From: ANME-2 cluster archaeon
GTDB lineage: Archaea > Halobacteriota > Methanosarcinia > Methanosarcinales > Methanocomedenaceae
DNA: 64,000 bases
Assembly (NCBI GenBank): GCA_023544605.1
Contig: JAMJFQ010000001.1
Span: 6,410 to 70,409 of the forward strand
Reading direction: 5' to 3'
This document shows, in pieces, positions 49,795 through 58,233 of the stretch. Positions within the stretch are counted from its first letter, which is position 1. Each line of letters starts with the position of its first letter. The notes under the pieces are model-generated. The model was given only the letters and a program-made list of their open reading frames with translations, did no database searches and was not told where the DNA came from. A program made the translations under genes and the position numbers.

Positions 49795-51834
49795 TTATGA
49801 TACTTTAAACTTGCTTACCGATTCTTGCAGATTATTAGCAAGCTGGGCCAGTTCCTGGGCAGAGGAGGTCAACTCTTCCATGGATGCAGTCTGCTCCTCG
49901 GTTGATGCAGCTGACTCTTCAGTGGAATTCAGGTTATCGTCCACGATTGACGCCATGCGGTCCATTGCATTTACCACATTATCAGTATTGACTTTTTGCG
50001 CTTCTACAATATCGGTAATACCTTTAATCCTGGTTGCGGTTTCATTCACTGCTTCGGAAATGTTCTCCAGCAGGTGCAATGCGTTGCTGGTCATTTCAAT
50101 ACCTTCGGCAGCCACGGAAGTACCCACTTCAGTATATTTTACCGCATTGTTCGTATCTTCAGAGATTTCTTTTATAAGGGCATCGATCTGTTCAGCGGCC
50201 TTCTTTGACTCTTCGGCAAGGTTCCTGACCTCAGCTGCTACAACAGCGAATCCGCGCCCCTGTTCACCGGCCCTGGCCGCCTCGATGGCAGCATTGAGTG
50301 CAAGCAGATTGGTCTGGTCGGCAATTGAAGTGATAACGTCCACGATACTGCTGATCTTGCGTGATTTCACTCCCAGTCCTTCAACAGCAGATGCAGAATC
50401 AGCAAGTTTTTCTTTAACCACTTCAAGTTTATCCATTGCTTCCTTGGCTGCTACACTACTCGTATTTGCCATTTCGTTGGTATGCTCTGAGAACTCCTTG
50501 ACCTTGTCCACAGTACTGGAGATCTCATCAGTGGTCTGGGAGAGCCTGACAAGTTCCCTTGACATGTTTTCTACTTCTCTTGCCTGGTCATTGGCACCCT
50601 GTGCAATGAGCTGTATTTTTGAAGATACCTGCTCGGTTGTAGCACTAAGTTCCTCACTGGACGCTGCCAGTTCCTGGGCTGTAGAGCCAACCGTAATGGC
50701 AACATCCTTGATGTTGGTGATTATTTTCTTGATATCTTCTTTCATTTTGATAAATGTCTTTGCCAGGTCACCTATCTCGTCATTGCTGGCAACGTCAATT
50801 TTATGTGTGAGGTCTCCCTTTGCGATATGATTAACATGGTTTCCAAAGTCAGATATAGATCTAATTACTCTCTGTATGATCCCTAACATTAACATAACCA
50901 GTCCCAGCACCAGTAAAGTGGCCAGTGCAACCATAATTATTGACATCCTGATATTGTTTTGGACTTTATCTTTTATGGTCAACTGTATCTGGTTATTAGA
51001 GGAAAGAATATCATCAAGATTCATGTGTATCCTTTTTTCGTTCGAACCAAGTTGGTACAATAACTCAGATTGTGCAATATCATTTTCTCCTAACTGTTCG
51101 TTTAAGGTTACGACCTGACTAAAAATGATTGAATTCTGATTGGTTAACTGAATCAGTTGATCTTTACTATTATCGTCAAGATCGGATGCTGAAATGTCTG
51201 TTTTAATCGATGATATAAGATTTTCAACTTTCTGTGCATTGGTATTTGTGGGTTCGAACAAATATTGGGATTCAGATGACTGTAATTCCAATATTTTATT
51301 ACATAGATCAGGTATATTAAGTGACTTTGTAAATGCCAGCATCTCGTTAGATTTTGTAATCATCTGGCCGCCAAGACCAGTATTACTATTACCGATATCT
51401 TCTATTATAACGATACTTGAATCATGCATATCCATGATTTCCATAGCAATTTCTTCAAAATATTTTTGAGAAGACAACAGATTGTTGGCGGCGTTTTTAT
51501 CCTCAATTATATCGACATAAGATACTATCTGTATCTGATATGATTCAATATTTAACAGACTTTCCTGGAAATCCTGCCGGATCTGCTGCCTTGTTGGATA
51601 ATCGTCTACAAGTAAATATTTATGGATCATTATGATACAATGATTGACCTCATCATGTGTTTTATATGCTATTGATGAGAGGGGCCACCTAATTTCAAGG
51701 ATTTCGTCCACATTATCCTGCATGGTAATAATATTATATACCGAAATAGTACCTATGATTGCCATTAATACGGCAAATGCCAAAAAACTTGAAACAAGTG
51801 TTTTTTTAATAGTCATCCGTTTAGTATCACTCAT
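49795..51834 (-). CDS. Methyl-accepting chemotaxis protein (two TM helices, ~270-aa outer domain, HAMP, signalling domain)
   Basis: 679 aa: HAMP (DEIGDLAKTFIKM) and the highly conserved hairpin LLALNAAIEAARAGEQGRGFAVVAAEVRNLAEES. Confidence 0.92.
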   Translation of the reverse strand: MSDTKRMTIKKTLVSSFLAFAVLMAIIGTISVYNIITMQDNVDEILEIRWPLSSIAYKTHDEVNHCIIMIHKYLLVDDYPTRQQIRQDFQESLLNIESYQIQIVSYVDIIEDKNAANNLLSSQKYFEEIAMEIMDMHDSSIVIIEDIGNSNTGLGGQMITKSNEMLAFTKSLNIPDLCNKILELQSSESQYLFEPTNTNAQKVENLISSIKTDISASDLDDNSKDQLIQLTNQNSIIFSQVVTLNEQLGENDIAQSELLYQLGSNEKRIHMNLDDILSSNNQIQLTIKDKVQNNIRMSIIMVALATLLVLGLVMLMLGIIQRVIRSISDFGNHVNHIAKGDLTHKIDVASNDEIGDLAKTFIKMKEDIKKIITNIKDVAITVGSTAQELAASSEELSATTEQVSSKIQLIAQGANDQAREVENMSRELVRLSQTTDEISSTVDKVKEFSEHTNEMANTSSVAAKEAMDKLEVVKEKLADSASAVEGLGVKSRKISSIVDVITSIADQTNLLALNAAIEAARAGEQGRGFAVVAAEVRNLAEESKKAAEQIDALIKEISEDTNNAVKYTEVGTSVAAEGIEMTSNALHLLENISEAVNETATRIKGITDIVEAQKVNTDNVVNAMDRMASIVDDNLNSTEESAASTEEQTASMEELTSSAQELAQLANNLQESVSKFKVS

Positions 51835-51931
51835 TATATCCCCTCAGATATCAAATAGTTCATTTTTGCCTAAATATAATAATGAATAAGTATAATAATA
51901 ATCAGTATTTAAACTTATCCCACTTGAAATG

Positions 51932-52116
51932 CAAGAAAATCCTCCCTTCGGTCGGATTAACTTGAGTACATAATCTTATAGATTATATACAACAAGAAAA
52001 TCCTCCCTTCGGTCGGATTAACTTGAGTACATAATCTTATAGATTATATACAACAAGAAAATCCTCCCTCACGGTAGGATTAACTTGACTGCATAAAGTT
52101 ATACTTTATGTACTAT
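51932..52116. repeat. Three tandem 61-bp units in the mcp/cheR divergent intergenic region, each with two palindromes
   Basis: Units start at 51932, 51993 and 52054. Units 1 and 2 are identical. Unit 3 differs, yet both inverted repeats (AATCC...GGATT; ATAATCT-TAT-AGATTAT vs CATAAAGT-TAT-ACTTTATG) remain self-complementary. Confidence 0.9.
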
Positions 52117-52136
52117 AAAAAAAGAGCATTATCATC

Positions 52137-52976
52137 ATGACCGAGCAGGACCGTCTACTCACACTCAAAAAAATAATATTGGATAAATTGAATTTTGATC
52201 TGGGGCAGTATAAGGAAAGTTATATTGAACGGAGGGTCAACACCAGGATTAACCTGACCCATACGGGTAACCTTCATGAATATATCAAGCTGCTGGAAAA
52301 AGACCAGGCAGAACTCATGAACCTGATGGATTCACTTACCGTGAACGTGACCAAATTTTTCAGGAATATTGAGACCTTTGAGACACTGGAAAAAGACATT
52401 ATTCCAAAAATAATAAAGAACAAGAATAACAGTTCCAGGGATATAATAAAAGTGTGGAGTGCAGGCTGTTCTTCCGGTGAGGAATTATATACGCTGACCA
52501 TTTTATTTCTTGAGGCATTGGAAAAATCGGGAAAACAGTATAAGTTATTGGTCCAGGGCACTGATATTGACCGAAAAAGCCTCACAAAAGCCAGGATTGG
52601 CAGATACAGGAGCGAAAATGTAAAGAGTATCCGAAAAGATCTGCTTGAGAAATATTTTGAAAATGATGGAACCTATTACCATGTTAAACCTCACGTTAAA
52701 GAGCATGTAAAGATCAATCATCTTGATCTTAGTTCTGACTTTGATAGATTAAGTATTACGTATGAATTGATCTTATGCAGGAACGTGGTGATATATTTTA
52801 ATAAAGATGTGAAACAGGCTCTATTTATGAAATTTTACAATATGCTGCAAAAGGACGGTTTTCTGGTACTGGGTAAGAACGAATCCATCACAGGTGATGC
52901 TTTATGTCATCTGGAAAACGTGAACATTTCAGAACGCGTGTACAAAAAGACCCTGCACGGCAAGATCACAGACTAA
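52137..52976 (+). CDS. cheR: Chemotaxis protein methyltransferase CheR
   Basis: 279 aa: ...TVNVTKFFRN..., VWSAGCSSGEELYTL (SAM motif), ILCRNVVIYF. Confidence 0.9.
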   Translation: MTEQDRLLTLKKIILDKLNFDLGQYKESYIERRVNTRINLTHTGNLHEYIKLLEKDQAELMNLMDSLTVNVTKFFRNIETFETLEKDIIPKIIKNKNNSSRDIIKVWSAGCSSGEELYTLTILFLEALEKSGKQYKLLVQGTDIDRKSLTKARIGRYRSENVKSIRKDLLEKYFENDGTYYHVKPHVKEHVKINHLDLSSDFDRLSITYELILCRNVVIYFNKDVKQALFMKFYNMLQKDGFLVLGKNESITGDALCHLENVNISERVYKKTLHGKITD

Positions 52977-54376
52977 ACATCAATCTTCTTTAAATCTTTC
53001 ATCGTCAAAGACCCACTTTCCAGGAATGTTGGGTCAATAGATATCATCAGAATATTCTTGTTCTTTATGGTGTTGGCCTTAAGCTCATCAAAAAAACCCT
53101 CTATGATGCCGACACTATTGGTTTCAACAAGATATTCGGTGTTGTCTATGAACAACATGACATTGTTGACCTTATCATAATATGATTGAATGACCTTTGC
53201 AATTTTTGGGACATTTACCGTGCACACACAATTGGGGATCTTTACTTCCTCGGTGGTCAACCAGACTACTGGCATTTTGTCATTACCCACCAAATTCCTA
53301 ACTTCATCGGGATGCTTTCTTGTAACACATAATCCTTTGAATCCCCTTTTGTTCATGTATTTAAATATTTCAAAACGTTTCTCATCATTTGCATCAATGA
53401 TCATGTAATTAGTTCCCGGTTTCAGATCGTATTTGTAACCCCTGATCTTAATGTCAGTAAAGATTACCAGGAACATTGTGAATTCCATCTGGTCAATGAA
53501 ATAGCTGCCTTTGACTATATAAGCCTGGGAAACGGGTTCACTGAACACAACGGATTCCATTTTTATTGCCAGCGTATCCTGATCAACATTCTCTGGCGCA
53601 TCGAAGGTGATCTGTGTATCAATAAGGTCGCTGAAAGTGCTCAGGAATGAGTTAATAAAGACATTTCCCATTTCATTAAAAACTGAATGGACCACATCCT
53701 CATGTCCTGATACATCTTCTCCCATTAATGTCCCCACAACCTCAAGGGCGGATTGTTTTGGTATGAGGAGGGCGGAAGAGCCTACATTGGTACCTGAAAG
53801 ATTATAATTTACACCGATACATTGTGTGCCGATATAGCCAGGTATCTCAGAGGGTCTGATGGCCCTAAAATCAGATATGGAGACCTTTACATTCCCGTCT
53901 ACCATTTTAGATAATGCTTGTATACCCCTTAAAATGCCGTTCTTGATAAAATCCTTCAGGATGGTGCGGTCTGAGGTAATATCATGGCGAACCTCATCAA
54001 GCGCAGTACTTTGTAAGCATTTGTTTGCTACACTTTTGATCTTGTCTTTGTCAAAAGGTTTGGTGATATAATCCGAAGCACCTGCCTCAATAGCCTCTGA
54101 AACGCGAAAATCCTGGACATCAGCGCTGCACACAACGATCTTAGCACCGGAATCCTTGTTAATAATGTCTTTTATCGCTGAGAGCCCATCCTTTTCAGGC
54201 ATGACAAGATCCATTAAGACCAGGTCCGGTTTGACCTCGAAGTACTTTGCAACGGCATCGTTCCCATCTATTGCTTCTGTGACCTGGTGTCCCATTTCAA
54301 GGAATATATTTTTAAGCATCGTTCTGGTGAGAATAGAATCATCTGCAACTAATACCTTAGCCATTTTATACCTCAA
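52973..54376 (-). CDS. Three-domain protein: CheY-like receiver + CheC-like domain + DUF835-like C-terminal domain
   Basis: 467 aa. REC: VLVADDSILTR...DLVLMDLVMP...YITKPF. Middle: CheC-like (SVFNEMGNVFINS near the S/DxxxExxNxxxG pattern). C-terminus: GTNYMIID...GFKGLCVTRKHPDEVR...PVVWLT...MLFIDNTEYLV matches my memory of DUF835. The probable ATG is at 54364. The 3' end overlaps cheR by 4 nt. Confidence 0.7.
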   Translation of the reverse strand: MRYKMAKVLVADDSILTRTMLKNIFLEMGHQVTEAIDGNDAVAKYFEVKPDLVLMDLVMPEKDGLSAIKDIINKDSGAKIVVCSADVQDFRVSEAIEAGASDYITKPFDKDKIKSVANKCLQSTALDEVRHDITSDRTILKDFIKNGILRGIQALSKMVDGNVKVSISDFRAIRPSEIPGYIGTQCIGVNYNLSGTNVGSSALLIPKQSALEVVGTLMGEDVSGHEDVVHSVFNEMGNVFINSFLSTFSDLIDTQITFDAPENVDQDTLAIKMESVVFSEPVSQAYIVKGSYFIDQMEFTMFLVIFTDIKIRGYKYDLKPGTNYMIIDANDEKRFEIFKYMNKRGFKGLCVTRKHPDEVRNLVGNDKMPVVWLTTEEVKIPNCVCTVNVPKIAKVIQSYYDKVNNVMLFIDNTEYLVETNSVGIIEGFFDELKANTIKNKNILMISIDPTFLESGSLTMKDLKKIDV

Positions 54377-54524
54377 TATTCAAAACCTGAATTCTATTAA
54401 TGATTAGACATAAGTTAAATACGTTCTATTTTAGATATATAACGGAAATCATTTAACTATTCCCATGATTAGATTTAAATCTTAGTAAAATGAAAGCATA
54501 CCCTTGACGTTCTTATAATACTCA

Positions 54525-55301
54525 ATGAAATGGGGAATCATATTGAAAACAAGTGCTTTTGCCGTGGACAATATACCATTGATAGGACCGGGTCATGATA
54601 TTGCTGATATCATCTGCCAGAGAATTGACGTGAATGAATACGATATAATAATAATTGCTTCAACAATCGTTTCAAAAGCAGAAGGGCGCATCGTCCATAC
54701 AGATGAAATAATTCCTACGACACAGGCCGAAAAGATAGCCAAAAAAACTGGCGCAGAGGAGGCTTTTGTCCAGGCAGTATTGGATGAGAGTACCGAGGTC
54801 ATCATGGAATCACCCATCTTCCTGGTGCGGCATACCAGTGGTAATATATGCATTAACGGAGGCGTTGACCAGTCAAATGTGGAGGATGGACTGCTACTGC
54901 TGCCGAACGATCCTGATGAAAGCGCAAAAAAGATCAAAGAGGATATTTTCGGGTTTACAAAAAAGCGGGTCAGTGTGATCATAACCGATACAAACGGCCG
55001 GGCGTTTAGGGAAGGACAGATCGGTATTGCTCTTGGAGCAGCAGGTATTGACACACATCACGATTGGCGGGGGAGCACCGACCTGTTCGGTCATATTTTG
55101 GAAGTGGCCAATGAGGCAGTGGTGGATGAGCTTGCAGGGTTTGCCAATTGCCTGATGGGTGAGGGGAACTGGGGTACACCTGTCGTGGTGATAAGGGGAC
55201 TTGAATTGTATTCTGACAATGATGGTATGGATGCCATATACCGGTCAAAAGATACCGATATTATCAGAAAAGCACTGCTGGCTTACCAGCAGGGGATATA
55301 A
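54525..55301 (+). CDS. cofE: Coenzyme F420:L-glutamate ligase CofE
   Basis: 258 aa: IIIASTIVSKAEGR, ITDTNGRAFREGQIGIALGAAG, VVDELAGFANCLMGEGNWGTPVVVIRG. Confidence 0.85.
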   Translation: MKWGIILKTSAFAVDNIPLIGPGHDIADIICQRIDVNEYDIIIIASTIVSKAEGRIVHTDEIIPTTQAEKIAKKTGAEEAFVQAVLDESTEVIMESPIFLVRHTSGNICINGGVDQSNVEDGLLLLPNDPDESAKKIKEDIFGFTKKRVSVIITDTNGRAFREGQIGIALGAAGIDTHHDWRGSTDLFGHILEVANEAVVDELAGFANCLMGEGNWGTPVVVIRGLELYSDNDGMDAIYRSKDTDIIRKALLAYQQGI

Positions 55302-55305
55302 AGGT

Positions 55306-56187
55306 TCACTTCCGGTAAACCCAGGCTGAGGCTATGAACTCGCGAAGGAACTTTGCACCAAGCAGCGCAGTGTTGCCGCTGTCAAACTGGGGAGCCATCT
55401 CTACAAGGTCAAAACCAGCGCACAATGGGGCCAGCCAGCGTATCAGGGAAAGTACCTGGCGGTCGGTGAGCCCGAAGGGTTCGGGAGTGCCCGTTGCCGG
55501 GGCAAAGGCCGGATCGATCGCATCCATGTCCAGGGACAGGTACAGATGTCTGGTATCAAGCTGCCTGGTCAGTTCAATGAGGATGTGTGCCATCCCCTTA
55601 TCCATCACAAGGTCAGCCGGGTAATAGGTAATATTCTGTGCCTTTGTCAATGAATACTCATCTTTTGTACCGCTTCTTATCCCAATGGAAACATACCTGG
55701 GGGTCACATCTTCAATAATATGGCGGCTTACACAAGCATGGTTGTTGGATTGACCTTTATATTCACTCCTCAGATCAAGATGTGCATCCAGTACCACCAC
55801 ACCAAGATCATCGTACACGGCTTTTGATGCACCAGCGCACGGCAATGTGAGGGAATGCTCCCCACCCAGCATTATGGGTATTTTGCCATCGGCCAGTATC
55901 TTGTTGACCATCCCGGATACGGCAGATATGGCCTGATCGACGGTGTGGTCTTCCCCGATGTCCACATCTCCTGCATCATGGAAAGGGACATCTGATAGGT
56001 CTATATCAAAAAAGGAGTTATAGGTCTCGAAGTTATACGAAGCTTCACGAATTGCATCTGGAGCCATTCTGCTCCCCTTCCTGAAACTGGATGTGCCGTC
56101 AAAAGGAGCCCCGAAAATTACAAAAGCAGCATCCGAATAGCTTGAATCAGCGTCTGCAAAGTAAAGTTTCCCACCCATGCATATCAT
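55306..56187 (-). CDS. speB: Agmatinase (arginase/ureohydrolase family)
   Basis: 293 aa with the Mn-binding motifs LGGEHSLT, VVLDAHLDLR and SLDMDAIDPAFAP. Confidence 0.85.
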   Translation of the reverse strand: MICMGGKLYFADADSSYSDAAFVIFGAPFDGTSSFRKGSRMAPDAIREASYNFETYNSFFDIDLSDVPFHDAGDVDIGEDHTVDQAISAVSGMVNKILADGKIPIMLGGEHSLTLPCAGASKAVYDDLGVVVLDAHLDLRSEYKGQSNNHACVSRHIIEDVTPRYVSIGIRSGTKDEYSLTKAQNITYYPADLVMDKGMAHILIELTRQLDTRHLYLSLDMDAIDPAFAPATGTPEPFGLTDRQVLSLIRWLAPLCAGFDLVEMAPQFDSGNTALLGAKFLREFIASAWVYRK

Positions 56188-56208
56188 TCCTTGATAAAGT
56201 AGGTTGGA

Positions 56209-56595
56209 TCAGACCCGCATATCTATCTTCATCTTGCCCATAGCTATCAAGTACTGGACATCTTTTCCAACTTCTATTTTGTTCTTGTACGCGTCAGGTA
56301 TCGTTAGTTCCACAGTAGAATAGTCACTCATATCCATTATCTGGACCACATCACCAGAGATGGAGAGCACCTGCCCGTTCTTTCGTTCCACAAGCGGGAC
56401 ATATATTTTTTGGGTAACAGGTGAGATGATCGAGCGTTTTTGATTATCAAAAATACCTACAGCATCTACCCGTGCTTTGGCACTGCCATGTTTCCCAGGT
56501 TTTGAGTGTGAAATTGATTTAATGGTACAGGGTTCGTCGTCTATTATCACATACCGGCCTTCCTTCAATGTGCGTACTTCTGTCTGCTCTTTCAT
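56209..56595 (-). CDS. eif5a: Translation initiation factor 5A (aIF5A)
   Basis: 128 aa with the hypusine loop SKPGKHGSAKA. Confidence 0.92.
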   Translation of the reverse strand: MKEQTEVRTLKEGRYVIIDDEPCTIKSISHSKPGKHGSAKARVDAVGIFDNQKRSIISPVTQKIYVPLVERKNGQVLSISGDVVQIMDMSDYSTVELTIPDAYKNKIEVGKDVQYLIAMGKMKIDMRV

Positions 56596-56822
56596 ATAAT
56601 AAGTTCCTCCGGTTAGAGGTAATTTTAGTGACGTTTAATAGCATGGGGGCTTATATACATATCGATAACTTTGATACCATTCGCTGTTTTAGAAAATTCT
56701 TAAATATATCTTCGTACAATAAACCAAGCACAGAAGGTGAGCTTAGGTCAGAAGAATCTGATGATGATGGTGACCCTCAATACATTTCTCCCACGATTGA
56801 AAATGGTTTATAAGGGGTAGTA

Positions 56823-57332
56823 ATTCACAGTGTTCTATTAGATGAAATCCCGCAACTTGTCCAATTAGAGGTCCAATCATTCACTGATAGTGATTATCCT
56901 ATTGACGAAAAACTATTCTGGAAATTAAATAATAGCCAACATGCTGTATTATTTAGCGCACTCCAGGATGCAGTGGTGGTGGGTTATGTCTGTTTGATAA
57001 TGCGTAAACAGACAAGCCGGATATATTCCTTGATCGTAGGTAAGGCCTACAGGGGAAAAGGTATAGGCACAAAATTACTCGAAGCCGCTGAGAGGTATGC
57101 AATCAGTCAAGGAGCAGAAGCTGTCAGGCTTGAGGTAAGATGCAACAGCAAAGCTCTTAGATTATACCAAAAGCTTGGATATACAGTTGTGGAAAAAAAA
57201 TTGAATTATTATGGTGATGGCGGGGACGCCTTCAGTATGAACAAAGAAATAGTACAACATCGGATTGAGGACGTTGAGACAATTAACATTAAAAGAAAGA
57301 GACAAAATCCAGCGGTTACTACAGCAGCTTGA
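56823..57332 (+). CDS. GNAT-family N-acetyltransferase (RimI-like); start codon unresolved
   Basis: Acetyl-CoA motif VGKAYRGKGIGTKLLEAAE. The GNAT N-terminal strands (IHSVLLDEIPQLVQLEVQSF...) are encoded in frame from 56814, right after a TAA. There is no ATG/GTG/TTG before the GTG at 56973, so 56823 (ATT) is only a guess. Confidence 0.6.
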   Translation: MHSVLLDEIPQLVQLEVQSFTDSDYPIDEKLFWKLNNSQHAVLFSALQDAVVVGYVCLIMRKQTSRIYSLIVGKAYRGKGIGTKLLEAAERYAISQGAEAVRLEVRCNSKALRLYQKLGYTVVEKKLNYYGDGGDAFSMNKEIVQHRIEDVETINIKRKRQNPAVTTAA

Positions 57333-58128
57333 TAACAAGCTTTGGGTGTATTATTTTCCGGTGATCCTCAGTAATGAATTAATGTTGGATACTATCGACA
57401 ACTCTACTATCCTTCTGTCAAAGGAGGAAGGTAACTGGAATCTGTTCGTCCAGCCGCTGGGCGACAGTTCCAATGGTACTTTAGAAAAGACATTCAATTA
57501 CCCGAGGGAACTGAACGGAAACAATGAAGGTGCGTTCTATAACTGCACTGCATCGTTTGTGGAGAATCTTGACCCTGACCTGTACAGCATCAAGGAAGAA
57601 TGCGGTGATTACATTTACTTCAAAGATGAACAGGTCTCATTAAATGGTAAGAGATTCAACCAGATAAGGAATCACATCAATTTTTTCAAAAAGCATTATA
57701 ATTACACGGTTCGTCCATATTCAACTGAGGATTATAATGAGTGCTTTGAATTATTTAACGGGTGGAAAGCAAAGAAGGAGGGCAATATACCAATCAAGGA
57801 TGAACACATTGCCCAGTTGTTCCAGAACCTCTGCCTGTTCCCGGACATGTTCGGGATAACAATAAGGGTGGACGGAAAAATTGTGGGATTCAGCCTCGGA
57901 GGATTACTTGCACAAAATGAGGCCATCTGCATAATCCGCAAGACCGATAGACAGTATAATGGCCTGTCTGAGTTCATAGATAATGAATTCTATAAATACG
58001 TGCCTGAGAATGTTAACCTGGTGAATGATGGGGACGACCTTAATTCAGAATCCCTGAGAAACTATAAGATGAAATGGCATCCTGCCCAAATAAGGAAATA
58101 TTATACTGTCCAGCAAGTGAATTGTTAA
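57265..58128 (+). CDS. DUF2156-like protein (lysyl-phosphatidylglycerol synthase C-terminal-domain-like fold)
   Basis: 287 aa with a TTG start. ...LNGKRFNQIRNHINFFKKHY..., ...DRQYNGLSEFIDNEF..., ...ESLRNYKMKWHP... resemble DUF2156 as I recall it. Overlaps the GNAT ORF by 68 nt in another frame. Confidence 0.5.
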   Translation: MRTLRQLTLKERDKIQRLLQQLDNKLWVYYFPVILSNELMLDTIDNSTILLSKEEGNWNLFVQPLGDSSNGTLEKTFNYPRELNGNNEGAFYNCTASFVENLDPDLYSIKEECGDYIYFKDEQVSLNGKRFNQIRNHINFFKKHYNYTVRPYSTEDYNECFELFNGWKAKKEGNIPIKDEHIAQLFQNLCLFPDMFGITIRVDGKIVGFSLGGLLAQNEAICIIRKTDRQYNGLSEFIDNEFYKYVPENVNLVNDGDDLNSESLRNYKMKWHPAQIRKYYTVQQVNC

Positions 58129-58233
58129 TACATTATGTAAGCAAGTCCCGACCGTTCATATTGTAACACGATGTAAATGGTCTGGGGATATTCAATTCAG
58201 GTATATATCCCCAGGTCTCTTTCCTTTGTCTCC

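Noticed and set aside
49811-50830. 339-aa ORF on the plus strand, rich in Ser/Ala/Leu
   Set aside because: It lies entirely antisense to the well-supported MCP signalling domain. Repetitive Ala/Glu/Ser codons in MCPs typically leave the opposite strand open. No RBS and no recognisable motif.
51932-52116. Considered whether the 61-bp tandem units are a mini CRISPR array
   Set aside because: The units are directly contiguous with no unique spacers, there are only three copies, and no cas genes are nearby. Reported instead as a structured tandem repeat.
55306-56595. Agmatinase adjacent to aIF5A as a possible functional link
   Set aside because: The polyamine/hypusine connection and this gene adjacency are already familiar in Euryarchaeota. 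Real, but not novel.
56568-56813. 81-aa plus-strand ORF between aIF5A and the GNAT gene
   Set aside because: Its 5' end is antisense to the aIF5A start region, and it has no RBS or recognisable domain. It is noted only because its TAA is in frame with the GNAT N-terminal coding sequence (see the GNAT finding). I saw nothing supporting read-through.
56755-56830. CTGATGATGATGG looked like a C box of a C/D box sRNA
   Set aside because: No CUGA D box or D-prime box within the following ~70 nt, and no terminal stem, so it is not supported.
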